DNA of 64,000 bases from an uncultured Eubacteriales bacterium (GTDB lineage: Bacteria > Bacillota > Clostridia > Christensenellales > Aristaeellaceae): the NCBI GenBank assembly GCA_900315675.1, contig OMZY01000013.1:700-64699 (forward strand), read 5' to 3'. Made by a program: the position numbers and the translations under genes. The notes under the pieces are model-generated. The model was not told the origin of the DNA, made no database searches, and saw only the letters and a program-made list of their open reading frames with translations. Below, one piece after another: positions 28,363-37,668 of the stretch (positions within the stretch are counted from its first letter, which is position 1; each line of letters opens with the position of its first letter).

Positions 28363-29237
28363 CTTTTCTCCTCCTCTGTGGCACGTACCGGCGGCCACGG
28401 CCAGTCCGCCCGGACATCATTGGGGATATTCAGGTTGGTCAGCTGGCCCACATACTCGCCCGTCGCGCCGAAAGTATAGCACTCAAACTTTCCCGCGCCG
28501 TTGATGCCGAAGAAGCAGCCGACATCATGCATTTCATGCAGGTTCATCAGTGCGAAGCCCTGGATTCCCGCCCCCTCTATCTCAATCCAGGAATAAATAT
28601 AGACATGGTCGTTGATCTTTACATAGTTGCAGGGGGAATCCAGCATCATACCGCCGATGGGAGAATAGAAATCCACAAAAGCCGAATACCATTTGGACGC
28701 GTAAATGTGCTGGATTACAAAGTCATCCGTATAGGACCAGATAATGGACTTGCCCACCAGATCCTCTGTCAGGCAGTGGGGCTCGCCCGCGGGCGGAGTC
28801 CCCCGGTCCACATAGCCGAAGCAGATTTCCCGGTCCACTTCCCGTGCGGAATACTGATTGCCGATCTTCACGAAAAAGGTTGTCACCCGTCCGGTGTCCG
28901 TGCTCACCACAACCATGCGCGCCGCCTGGGGTTTGCTTCCGCGGATGATGTGGAGGAAAAAGACCACATCCTTGTCCGGCGTCAGCGCTTCGTAATATTC
29001 CTCATGCCAGGTTTCCCCGCCCGGCTCCCGCCAGAACAAGGTATGAACATCCTCAAACCGGTACTCCAGGATCCGGCCTTCGTCATAACGGATGGTGAAC
29101 GCCTGTCCGGCCAGCCCTTCGTAGAACGGCGGGCGGTTTGCGCCGAGACCCCCGTGGTTGTAATCCGGTGATTCAGCGACAATCCGTTCCACATCCTCCG
29201 CGGTCAGTTCAGGACGTTGATGTGAATAACGCGGCAT
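28359..29237 (-). CDS. MoaF-like protein (N and C beta-barrel domains)
   Basis: LAGQAFTIRYD; DLVGKSIIWSY...IQHIY...CNYVKINDHVYIYSWIE; paralog of 27514-28362. Confidence 0.7.
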   Translation of the reverse strand: MPRYSHQRPELTAEDVERIVAESPDYNHGGLGANRPPFYEGLAGQAFTIRYDEGRILEYRFEDVHTLFWREPGGETWHEEYYEALTPDKDVVFFLHIIRGSKPQAARMVVVSTDTGRVTTFFVKIGNQYSAREVDREICFGYVDRGTPPAGEPHCLTEDLVGKSIIWSYTDDFVIQHIYASKWYSAFVDFYSPIGGMMLDSPCNYVKINDHVYIYSWIEIEGAGIQGFALMNLHEMHDVGCFFGINGAGKFECYTFGATGEYVGQLTNLNIPNDVRADWPWPPVRATEEEKR

Positions 29238-29252
29238 ACTGCTTCTCCTTTC

Positions 29253-30779
29253 TTAATATACTTGCGTTTCGCGGTACAGGTTGGGTTGGGATTCGATCAC
29301 GCCGTCGGACTCCACAAACTCGCCGAATGCGCCGAAGATGTAGTTCTCCGGATGCACGCGTCCCGTTTCCAGGCCGGCATGGCCGAAGGAACGTCCGACG
29401 TCATGCACACGCCGGGTATCGATGACAAAGAGCAGGGAATTCCCCGTCCAGCCGCGGCAGGCCATGTTCTTTTCCATGCAGCTGACCAGGTACAGGCCCG
29501 GACGGAGTTTGATAAAGGAAGCGGGTTCGTCGTAAGGTTCCCGTTCCACCAGTTCCTGCCAGGCCTTGGGGTCCGCGCCGGCCCAGCCCTTGTTCGCCGG
29601 CTGGGTCACACGCATATAGTCTGTAGCGTAATAAACGTGGATGATCTCCGTTCCCGGCGCATAATGCCAGTGGATGCGTTTGCCCAGCAGATCCGCCGTA
29701 TACTTGTGCCGCTTCTTCGGCAGCGGGAAACCGGGAACATCCAGGGCGCCGAAAAGGAACTTGCTGTCCACCATATAGGGGAACTTCGGATGATAGCCGG
29801 TAATGGTGGTAACCATCGTTACCAGACGCTCGTCCACGTCGATCACCAGGCTGATATTGGTCCGGGGCGTCCGCTCCTTCAGCTCAAAGTTCACAAAATA
29901 AACCCCGTCCTCCGCCTTGGCGCAGTCATAGTATTCCACAGTCTCCGGCTGGCCGAAGGCTCCCCACCGGAGGGTATGGCCGTCCAGGAAAGTCGCCGCG
30001 TACCGCACGCCGTCATCCATCGCCAGGGAATAATACCGGCCGGCCAGTTCAAAACAGAAGGGCTCCCGGTACTGGCTCATCCCCTCAAACTGCGGCTTTT
30101 CCTTCCGGATGCCGGCATAGGTTTCCGTTCGCGGCGCCGGCCGGCTGTCACTGACAGCAGTAAACCGGGCGCGGATAAACTTCCCGTTCTCCGCTTCATC
30201 CACCATCGCCACCGCGTAATCCGCATAGCTGATGTAGCTTTCGCCCGCGGTATTGAGGATAACAGTGTCGCCGCCGGTCACATAGGTACCGGTCTTGCGG
30301 CCCCGGGGATCAAAGAAGCAGGCGGGAGAGAAGAAGGTGTACTTCACGCCGCTCTTCTCCAGCAGCTGATACGCCCTGAACAGATCCATCGGATCCTTCC
30401 GGATTTCCTCCGGAAAGGAGTCGATCACCCGGCCGGTCTTTGTTTCATCCTGATACAGGCTGGCCGCGCCGCCGACCACCAGCAGCCGGACCTCCGGCAC
30501 CTTTTCAAAAATGCTGATCAGGTGAGCGTAGGCCTTCTGGTATGCGTCGTCCGGATGATTCCCGCCGAAGGGAAGCCCGAAGGTGCTGACCACCGCGTCA
30601 AACCCGCGGATGTCGTCCGCCGTCAGGTCAAACAGATCCTTCTCCAGGATCCTGTAGCGGCAGCCCGGCATCTTTTCCCTGTCCCGGATGATGGCCGTAA
30701 CGTCATGCCCGCGCTTATAGGCCTCATAGGCAATCAGCCTGCCCGATTTGCCGTTCGCGCCGATAATACCGATTTTCAT
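29253..30779 (-). CDS. NAD(P)H-binding (COG2910/YwnB-like) domain fused to MoaF-like domains
   Basis: GIIGANGKSG, RLLVVGGAASL, YTFFSPA, ISYADYAVAMVDE; then ELAGRYY...DLLGKRIHWHY...IHVYY. Confidence 0.75.
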   Translation of the reverse strand: MKIGIIGANGKSGRLIAYEAYKRGHDVTAIIRDREKMPGCRYRILEKDLFDLTADDIRGFDAVVSTFGLPFGGNHPDDAYQKAYAHLISIFEKVPEVRLLVVGGAASLYQDETKTGRVIDSFPEEIRKDPMDLFRAYQLLEKSGVKYTFFSPACFFDPRGRKTGTYVTGGDTVILNTAGESYISYADYAVAMVDEAENGKFIRARFTAVSDSRPAPRTETYAGIRKEKPQFEGMSQYREPFCFELAGRYYSLAMDDGVRYAATFLDGHTLRWGAFGQPETVEYYDCAKAEDGVYFVNFELKERTPRTNISLVIDVDERLVTMVTTITGYHPKFPYMVDSKFLFGALDVPGFPLPKKRHKYTADLLGKRIHWHYAPGTEIIHVYYATDYMRVTQPANKGWAGADPKAWQELVEREPYDEPASFIKLRPGLYLVSCMEKNMACRGWTGNSLLFVIDTRRVHDVGRSFGHAGLETGRVHPENYIFGAFGEFVESDGVIESQPNLYRETQVY

Positions 30780-30793
30780 ACTGGCTCCTCCCT

Positions 30794-32308
30794 TCAGACC
30801 GTGTAGAACGGCGGCTCGTTTTCAAGCGCGTCGTCCCCTTCCGGCGTCATATACTCACCGTAGGCGCCGAACAGGTAGTTTTCCGGCCGGTAGCTGGCCC
30901 CGCCGAACTGGCCTGTGTGGCCGAAGGACCTGCCCACGTCATGGAGCCGGTCTGTGTTCATCAGGAACAGCAGGCTGTTCCCGATCTTCCCCCGTTTCGA
31001 CATGCTCTGTTCCGTGAAACTGACCACGTACAGTCCTTCCCGGATCTTGACGTAGACAGCCTTCTCATCATAGGGATGCCCGGCCCAGCTCTCCAGATCA
31101 TCCGGTGACGGCGGGGTCATGCGCGCCAGGGCCTCCGGCGCGAAGGTGGCACGGACATAGTTCGGGTGGTAGTACACGTGGATAATGGCGAATTCCGGCC
31201 CGTAATGCCACTGAATCCGCTTGCCGACCAGGTCGCTGGTATATCCGTGCCGCTTTTCAGGCAGCGGATGTCCCGGCAGCACGATGGCGCCGAAATCGTA
31301 CACATGGTCGCACATCGTCGGGTATTCCTTCTTGTATCCCACATAGGTGTCCACCACGGTAACCAGGCGGGTCATCAGGTCCAGGATCAGGGTCACGTTG
31401 TGCCGGGGATCCGCGCCGGTGATCTCCAGGTTGACAAAATAAGCGAGATCGGCGCCCTTGGCACACTCATAGTGCTCCGTGTACCGGTTCTCCCCGCGAA
31501 TCATTTCCAGCGTGTCCCCGGTCAGGAACTTCACCAGGATATCGTCCGTCTGGTCCATTTTCAGGTGAAAATCCCGTCCCGCCAGCTCATAGTTCAGCGG
31601 CGGACGGTAGGTGCTGATCCCCTCGAAGACCGGCTTCCGGCGTTCTGTTCCGAAGTAGCCGTCCTTGTTGGGCGTCTTCTCGGAAGCCGCGGTCATCCGC
31701 TTCCGGATATGGTTCCCGTCCTCAATTTCATCCAACATTGCCGCGGCAAAGTCCGCGTAGCTCAGGTAGCTTTCTCCCTCGCTGTTGACCGTCACCTCAT
31801 TGCCTCCCAGGCGGTATTTTCCCGTCCGGGGCCCGTTCGGGTCAAAGGTCGCCGCCGGCGAAAAATAGGTCCAGTTCACCGCCGAGGTCTGCAACGTCTC
31901 AAAGGCGGCCTTCATATTGGCCGGCACCGCCTGCCACTGCTCCGGAATGCCCTCCAGGACCAGTTTCCTGTGCGACCGGTCCGTGTACAGACTGGCCGCG
32001 CCGCCGACCACCAGGAACCGCACCTCCGGCAGCTGCTCCATGACGCTGATCAGGTGCTTCATCGATGTCTGATGGCCTTTCGCGCTTTCCGGATCAAAGG
32101 CCGTGCCGAAGGCGTCCACCACCGCGTCAAAGTCCTTCAGGTCTTCCGCGGTCAGATCAAACAGATTCCGTTCCAGCACCGCCAGGGCTGGATTTGTGAT
32201 CTTTGAACGGTCCCGCACGATGGCCGTCACTTCATGGCGCCTGTAAAGCGCCTCCTCGGCGATGCAGCTTCCCGCCTTTCCCGAAGCGCCGATAATCCCT
32301 ATCTTCAT
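30794..32308 (-). CDS. NAD(P)H-binding (COG2910/YwnB-like) domain fused to MoaF-like domains
   Basis: Start MKIGIIGASGKAG at 32308 (ATGA overlap with MATE); VVGGAASL, WTYFSPA; ELAGRDF...DLVGKRIQWHY. Confidence 0.75.
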   Translation of the reverse strand: MKIGIIGASGKAGSCIAEEALYRRHEVTAIVRDRSKITNPALAVLERNLFDLTAEDLKDFDAVVDAFGTAFDPESAKGHQTSMKHLISVMEQLPEVRFLVVGGAASLYTDRSHRKLVLEGIPEQWQAVPANMKAAFETLQTSAVNWTYFSPAATFDPNGPRTGKYRLGGNEVTVNSEGESYLSYADFAAAMLDEIEDGNHIRKRMTAASEKTPNKDGYFGTERRKPVFEGISTYRPPLNYELAGRDFHLKMDQTDDILVKFLTGDTLEMIRGENRYTEHYECAKGADLAYFVNLEITGADPRHNVTLILDLMTRLVTVVDTYVGYKKEYPTMCDHVYDFGAIVLPGHPLPEKRHGYTSDLVGKRIQWHYGPEFAIIHVYYHPNYVRATFAPEALARMTPPSPDDLESWAGHPYDEKAVYVKIREGLYVVSFTEQSMSKRGKIGNSLLFLMNTDRLHDVGRSFGHTGQFGGASYRPENYLFGAYGEYMTPEGDDALENEPPFYTV

Positions 32309-33723
32309 TGGACAATTTCCTCCTCCAGATGATTGGTATGCGTTCTGTCCCCCATCCCTGCCAGCCGTCCGGCAGCCTCCATTCCGCGCAGGTGGCGGAA
32401 GAGGCTCACCGAAAGAATCACAGCCAGGAACGTGACCAGAATATCCGCGGCCGGCTGGGCGAACGCGAAGCCCGTAAGGCCGAACCGGTCTGGGAGCACC
32501 AGGAGCAGCGGCACATAGAAGATGAGCTGCCTTCCCAGCGTAATCAGCATGGCGCTGACAGATTTGCCCAGCGCCTGGAATGTAACGGTCAGCGTCAGCT
32601 GCAGTCCGACGAAGGGCATCGCGATACACAGCGCGCGCAGCATCATGCTTCCGACCCGAACCGTCGGTTCATGGTCGATAAAGAAACGGATCATATGATC
32701 CCCGCACAGCAGGAACAGCAGGTCAAACACACAGGCGACCGCCGTGGCCAGCAGGGCGGTGGTCCGGAAACCTTTCTTCAGCCGTGCATAGCTTCCCGCT
32801 CCGTAATTGTAGCCGGCAAAGGGCTGATAGCCGGTGGTCAGGCCCATGAGCAGCATCAGGCAGAGGGTGCCGACCCGAAGATAAACCCCGACACCCGCCA
32901 CCACCTCATCCCCGAAGGACGCGGCAATGTTGTTGCTCAGGATGGAAGTCCCGCTCATCACAATTTGGGACAGGGCTGCCGGCCCGCCGATCTTGAGGGT
33001 TTCCGCGTACACGGCCTTTCCCGGGCGGAAATACCGGGGCGAAAGGCTGAGCACCGAACGTCCCCGGAGAAATACGGAGAGAAAGAAAGCGACGGAGCAG
33101 ACAGAGCCGCAGACCGTGGCCAGCGCGGCGCCTGCCGTACCCATACGCAGGTAAATAATCAGGATCGGATCCAGGATGATATTGACAATCAGGCCCAGGG
33201 CCGTACCGGCCGTTGCCTGGCTTGTCGCCCCTTCGCTGCGCAGCTGTCCGCCGAGGGTCACCGTGAGGACCATGGGAATCACAAAGATTGAGATAATCCC
33301 GAAATAATCCGAAGCCGGCTGCCGGGTCACCGGGCTGACCCCGATCAGGTCCAGCAGCGGTCCGCGGAAAAGCAGGAGCAGCAGCGTCATGACGCCGCCG
33401 AGAATCACGGTGGTATAGCAGGCAGTCGCACAGGTTTCCCGGGCGGATTCCTTCTTCTTTGCTCCGAGCTGCCGGGAAATCAGACTGGCGGAACCGACCG
33501 CGAAGACGTTGCCGACGCCCTGGATAATATAGAACAGGGGCATGACCAGCGAGATTCCCGCCACCAGGGCCGGATCCCCCATCTGGCCGATAAAGTAGGT
33601 GTCCGTCATGTTGTAGACCATCTGAACCACCATGCCCAGCATGGTCGGCAGCGCCAGGCGCAGGATGCTCTGCATCACCGGTCCCCGCTCCATCATTTCC
33701 AGCCTGTCCTTCACGTCATTCAT
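32305..33723 (-). CDS. MATE family efflux transporter (MepA-like)
   Basis: LRLALPTMLGMVVQMVYNMTDTYFIG, NIILDPILI, GYQPFAGYNYGA. Confidence 0.92.
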   Translation of the reverse strand: MNDVKDRLEMMERGPVMQSILRLALPTMLGMVVQMVYNMTDTYFIGQMGDPALVAGISLVMPLFYIIQGVGNVFAVGSASLISRQLGAKKKESARETCATACYTTVILGGVMTLLLLLFRGPLLDLIGVSPVTRQPASDYFGIISIFVIPMVLTVTLGGQLRSEGATSQATAGTALGLIVNIILDPILIIYLRMGTAGAALATVCGSVCSVAFFLSVFLRGRSVLSLSPRYFRPGKAVYAETLKIGGPAALSQIVMSGTSILSNNIAASFGDEVVAGVGVYLRVGTLCLMLLMGLTTGYQPFAGYNYGAGSYARLKKGFRTTALLATAVACVFDLLFLLCGDHMIRFFIDHEPTVRVGSMMLRALCIAMPFVGLQLTLTVTFQALGKSVSAMLITLGRQLIFYVPLLLVLPDRFGLTGFAFAQPAADILVTFLAVILSVSLFRHLRGMEAAGRLAGMGDRTHTNHLEEEIVQ

Positions 33724-33733
33724 TCCTTTCCGG

Positions 33734-33767
33734 AAAAGGCAGAGCCCGCCTTTCGGCAGGCTCTGCC
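33734..33767 (-). terminator. Intrinsic terminator after the SBP gene
   Basis: GGCAGAGCCTGCC-GAAA-GGCGGGCTCTGCC-TTTT. Confidence 0.8.
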
Positions 33768-33792
33768 GGATTGATTCAGGTGTTTATATCTT

Positions 33793-35406
33793 TTACTGCG
33801 CAAGGAATTCCTTCAGCTGGGTTTTGCAGGCATCCAGGAGTTTTTCATATCCTGCTTCCTTCAGCAGGGAGATATACTCGTCCAGCTTCGCGTCCGTGTT
33901 GTCCCCGAAGACGCCCAGGTCAAAGGAAGTGGACCACTCGAGGCTGAGGGAGTTGATCGTGGCGGTGATGTCTTCCATGCCCTCCGTATCGAAGGTGAAG
34001 CCGTCGATCGGGAACCGGTCCATGGTAATGTTGTTGGCGTCAAACTGCGCACGGATCGCAAGCACTTCCGGCAGGATGCCGCCCACGGAGGGGTTCAGCT
34101 GGGTGCGCAGGCACCAGGCCCAGCCGCTCCAGGGATACTTCTCGGAATCGGGTCCGTTGGAACGGCTGCCGTCTTCACCGAGAATGTAATGCACGCCTTC
34201 AATACCGCCCTGCAGCAGGTTGGTGATGATGGAGTCGTTCTTCATGACGTCGATCGCCAGGCCCGCCCGTTCCGGATTCTTGCAGAAGGCGGTGATTGCC
34301 AGGGCGTCATAATTGTAGGGGGAGATCCGGGTACTGGCGTTCTCGGGCATGATGTTGAAGTATTCCGCGTCGTTGCCCTTTGCACGCTGCCGGATAATAT
34401 CCTCATTGGCGCTCTTGTACATGCAGATGTCGCTGGCGCTCTTGTCATCGTTGAACAGGTCGTTGATGTGGGTCACGTTGGTGATCGCGTTGGAAGGCCA
34501 TACGCCGTGCTTCGCCCAATCCACCATGCGATGGCAGTATTCACGGTATTCCTCGGTGAAGGTGCCGATGAACAGATCGTCCGGATTCAGGGTACCGTTG
34601 TCGGCATCCCAGTAGAAGTTGCCGACTGTCATCCAGTTGTTCGGTCCGGTCAGGAAGGTCAGGGTCATCGGGCTGGACGGGTTGGTGTACATCGCGTAGA
34701 TACCGCTGTCCTTCTCGTTTTCGGCGACCGCGTAGAGGTACTTCTCATAATCGTCGATGTTTTTGATTTCCGGGATGCCGTACTTTTCGCGCAGATCCTT
34801 GCGCACAACCACACCGTAGGTGTTGTCGTAGTCCGATTCGTTCCGCGGGATCTGGTACAGCTTGCCCTTATGCAGCGCCTGTTTCCAGCTGGAGGGTTCC
34901 TGAGACTTCATGGTCTCAGGCAGCCAGGTGTTCAGGAATTCTTCTGACAGCTCCATAAATGCGCCGTTGTCCGCCTGGGTGGCGAAGGGTCCGATGTAGG
35001 GGTGGGTCATGATAATGTCGCAGTCCGCACCGCCGGCCAGGACCAGGGGATACTTGGTCTGGAAATCAGATAGCGGGATGACGGAAACTTCGATCGTCGT
35101 GTTGATCAGCTGCTTCATCCGCTGGTTGGCCATATCAATCACTTTCCGGTGATCTTCTCCGTCCGAGCCGACCACGTAGAAGACCAGGTTGACCGGTTCG
35201 CTGGTGTCAAAGGAAGCCCAGGGGTTGTCTTCGGGTGCAATCGGCGCGCTCAGGTCCGCGTCCGCAGTCGCCACCTTGATGACTTTTCCGCTCACCTGGT
35301 TCAGCACCGTCTTGATTCCGTTTTCTTCCGTAATACCGTCCGCGAACACCGTGTTCAGCGAGAGCAGCATTGCCAGTGCCAGAACTGTTGCCAAGAGCCG
35401 TTTCAT
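33793..35406 (-). CDS. Carbohydrate ABC transporter substrate-binding protein (DUF3502-type)
   Basis: Signal peptide; GKLYQIP, VRKDLREKY, LLQGGIEGVHY, C-terminal GFTFDT...EAGYEKLLDACKTQLKEF. Confidence 0.88.
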   Translation of the reverse strand: MKRLLATVLALAMLLSLNTVFADGITEENGIKTVLNQVSGKVIKVATADADLSAPIAPEDNPWASFDTSEPVNLVFYVVGSDGEDHRKVIDMANQRMKQLINTTIEVSVIPLSDFQTKYPLVLAGGADCDIIMTHPYIGPFATQADNGAFMELSEEFLNTWLPETMKSQEPSSWKQALHKGKLYQIPRNESDYDNTYGVVVRKDLREKYGIPEIKNIDDYEKYLYAVAENEKDSGIYAMYTNPSSPMTLTFLTGPNNWMTVGNFYWDADNGTLNPDDLFIGTFTEEYREYCHRMVDWAKHGVWPSNAITNVTHINDLFNDDKSASDICMYKSANEDIIRQRAKGNDAEYFNIMPENASTRISPYNYDALAITAFCKNPERAGLAIDVMKNDSIITNLLQGGIEGVHYILGEDGSRSNGPDSEKYPWSGWAWCLRTQLNPSVGGILPEVLAIRAQFDANNITMDRFPIDGFTFDTEGMEDITATINSLSLEWSTSFDLGVFGDNTDAKLDEYISLLKEAGYEKLLDACKTQLKEFLAQ

Positions 35407-35471
35407 AGAATCCGTTCCTCCTTGTAATATAGATTTTTCTATTTCAAAGCGTTGCCGCTTTGGGTACGGGG

Positions 35472-36404
35472 TCAGCCCTTTACCGCGCCGATGACCAGGC
35501 CCTTGATGAAGAAGCGCTGCACAAAGGGATAAAGCAGGATGATCGGTCCGGTGGTGATCATGGTCATGGCCATCTTCAGGGTCTCCTGGGGCAGGTTCCT
35601 GGAGATCTGGCTCACATCCATGCCGGAGTTCACCAGGTTCTTCAGCGCCTGCATACTGTTGAGCATCTCCTGGAGGAAATACTGCAGGCTCTTGTACTCG
35701 TCCTTGGAGATAAAGAGCATGGAATTGTACCAGTCGTTCCAGTACGCCAGCGCGGCGAACAAGCCCAGGGTCGCGATCAGCGGCAGGGAAAGCGGGAGGA
35801 TCAGTCGGAAGAAGATCAGCAGGTCGTTCGCGCCGTCAATCTTGGCCGACTCGGTAATCTCATAGGGAATTCCTTTCATATAGTTCTTCGCAATGATCAT
35901 GTTCCATACGGAGAACATCAGAGGCAGGACCAGCGCGATGAAGTTGTTCTTGAAGCCCAGGTACCGGGTACACAGAATATACCAGGGCACCAGGCCGCCG
36001 TTGAACAGGGTGGTGAAGAAAAAGAACAGGGAGAACTTATTGCGCGGACGGAAGTCCGGGCGCTGGAGCACATACCCGGTCATGGTGGACAGCAGCACCG
36101 ACAGCGTTGTGCCGATCAGCGTGGCGCAGGTCGTGTTCCGGTAAGCCCAGAGGATCTTGTCGGGATTCCTGAAGGCCAGGTCGTATGCCTGGGTTGAAAA
36201 TTCCGCGATAAAGAAGGAATAGCCGTGATGCATCAGCGCGGATTCCGTCGTCAGGGAGGTGATGAATACCAGCAGGAACGGAAGCATACAGGCCAGGCCC
36301 ATAAGCGCGATCAGGATGTAGGAGATGATATTGAATACATACCGGTCCTTTTCTACAATTTTCCTTTGGGCGCCTTTGATGGCCTTCAGCGTTGTCATTG
36401 ACAT
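35472..36404 (-). CDS. Carbohydrate ABC transporter permease
   Basis: FNGGLVPWYI, EITESAKIDGA EAA loop, LAYWNDWY. Confidence 0.92.
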   Translation of the reverse strand: MSMTTLKAIKGAQRKIVEKDRYVFNIISYILIALMGLACMLPFLLVFITSLTTESALMHHGYSFFIAEFSTQAYDLAFRNPDKILWAYRNTTCATLIGTTLSVLLSTMTGYVLQRPDFRPRNKFSLFFFFTTLFNGGLVPWYILCTRYLGFKNNFIALVLPLMFSVWNMIIAKNYMKGIPYEITESAKIDGANDLLIFFRLILPLSLPLIATLGLFAALAYWNDWYNSMLFISKDEYKSLQYFLQEMLNSMQALKNLVNSGMDVSQISRNLPQETLKMAMTMITTGPIILLYPFVQRFFIKGLVIGAVKG

Positions 36405-36417
36405 ACCGGTTCCCTCC

Positions 36418-37365
36418 TCAGAACAGCGCGTAATCAGGATTCGCTTTCCTGATAATGCCGTTGACTGTCATGATGGTCACAAAGCACAGAACCGACTGAT
36501 AGAATCCCGCGGCGCTTGCCATACCCATATCGCTGGTGGACGCGAGGGCGCGGTAGACGTACAGGTCCAGGATATCCGTCTTCGGAAGCAGGAGGGCGTT
36601 GTTTCCGACCATCTGGTAGAAGAGGCCGAAATCTCCGCGGAACACTGCCCCGAGAGCGAGCAGGAACATGATCATCATCGTCGGGCGCAGGCCGGGCAGG
36701 GTAATATGCCGGATCCGTTTCCAGAAACCCGCGCCGTCAATCGACGCCGCCTCATACAGTTCCGGACTGATACCGGCAATGGACGCCATATAGACGATTG
36801 ATCCGTAGCCGGTGCCCTTCCACAGGTGCAGCATAATCAGCATGGCGGGCCAGGGATCCGCGCTGATATACAGGTTGATCCGCTCCAGGCCCATCCACTC
36901 CAGCACCCGGTTCAGCATGCCGTACTCATAGCCGAAGATCGCCTGCACCATGGCCGCGACAACGACCCAGGAGATGAAATAGGGCAGGAAGATGAAGGAC
37001 TGGAAGATCCGCTTGAACCACTTGACCCGGATTTCGTTGATCATGATGGCGAAACAGACCTGGATCACAATACCCAGAACAATGAACGCCAGGTTGTACA
37101 GCAGCGTGTTCCGGGTCAGGAACCACAGCTTGTGGGAATTAAACAGGAATTTGAAGTTCTTCAGGCCGACCCAGGGGCTTCCGAAGATTCCCTGAACGTA
37201 GTTATACTTCTTGAAAGCAATCACCAGGCCGCCCATGGGAACATAGGAAAAGAGAAGGGTATACAGCACCGCGGGAAGAATCATCAGATACAGAAACCGG
37301 TTATTGTAAAACCGGGTTCTTCCCGTTAAACGCCGATTGTTAACCACTGCAGGACGGATGCTCAC
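36418..37365 (-). CDS. Carbohydrate ABC transporter permease (LplB-like)
   Basis: IAFKKYNYVQGIFGSPWVGLKNF, LPYFISWVVV, ELYEAASIDGA. Confidence 0.92.
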   Translation of the reverse strand: MSIRPAVVNNRRLTGRTRFYNNRFLYLMILPAVLYTLLFSYVPMGGLVIAFKKYNYVQGIFGSPWVGLKNFKFLFNSHKLWFLTRNTLLYNLAFIVLGIVIQVCFAIMINEIRVKWFKRIFQSFIFLPYFISWVVVAAMVQAIFGYEYGMLNRVLEWMGLERINLYISADPWPAMLIMLHLWKGTGYGSIVYMASIAGISPELYEAASIDGAGFWKRIRHITLPGLRPTMMIMFLLALGAVFRGDFGLFYQMVGNNALLLPKTDILDLYVYRALASTSDMGMASAAGFYQSVLCFVTIMTVNGIIRKANPDYALF

Positions 37366-37668
37366 AGGACCACTCTCCTTCGCTGCTCTCGCTGCTTATG
37401 TGCTTCTCTCTTTACTTGCATTATAACCATCCGTTTTCCGGGCGAATCTCAAAAAAGCTGTTATCATCATCGAAATCCTGCTATGTTTTATCCGGTCAGT
37501 ATTTTTCCGGATTATACATGGCAGAATATCGAATACCGCAGCAGTATTTCAAAGAAAAAAGGCCCTCGGGCCTTTTCTGTATACAGGTCACAGGCTCTTC
37601 CGGACCGGAAAAATCACCGGAACCGAAAAAGCGCCGGAGAACATCTCTCCGGCGCTGCTTTTTCCCTT

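Noticed and set aside
32309-32629. N-terminal extension of the 611-aa NAD-MoaF ORF
   Set aside because: Overlaps the MATE gene; the paralogous start MKIGIIG at 32308 with ATGA coupling is the credible start.
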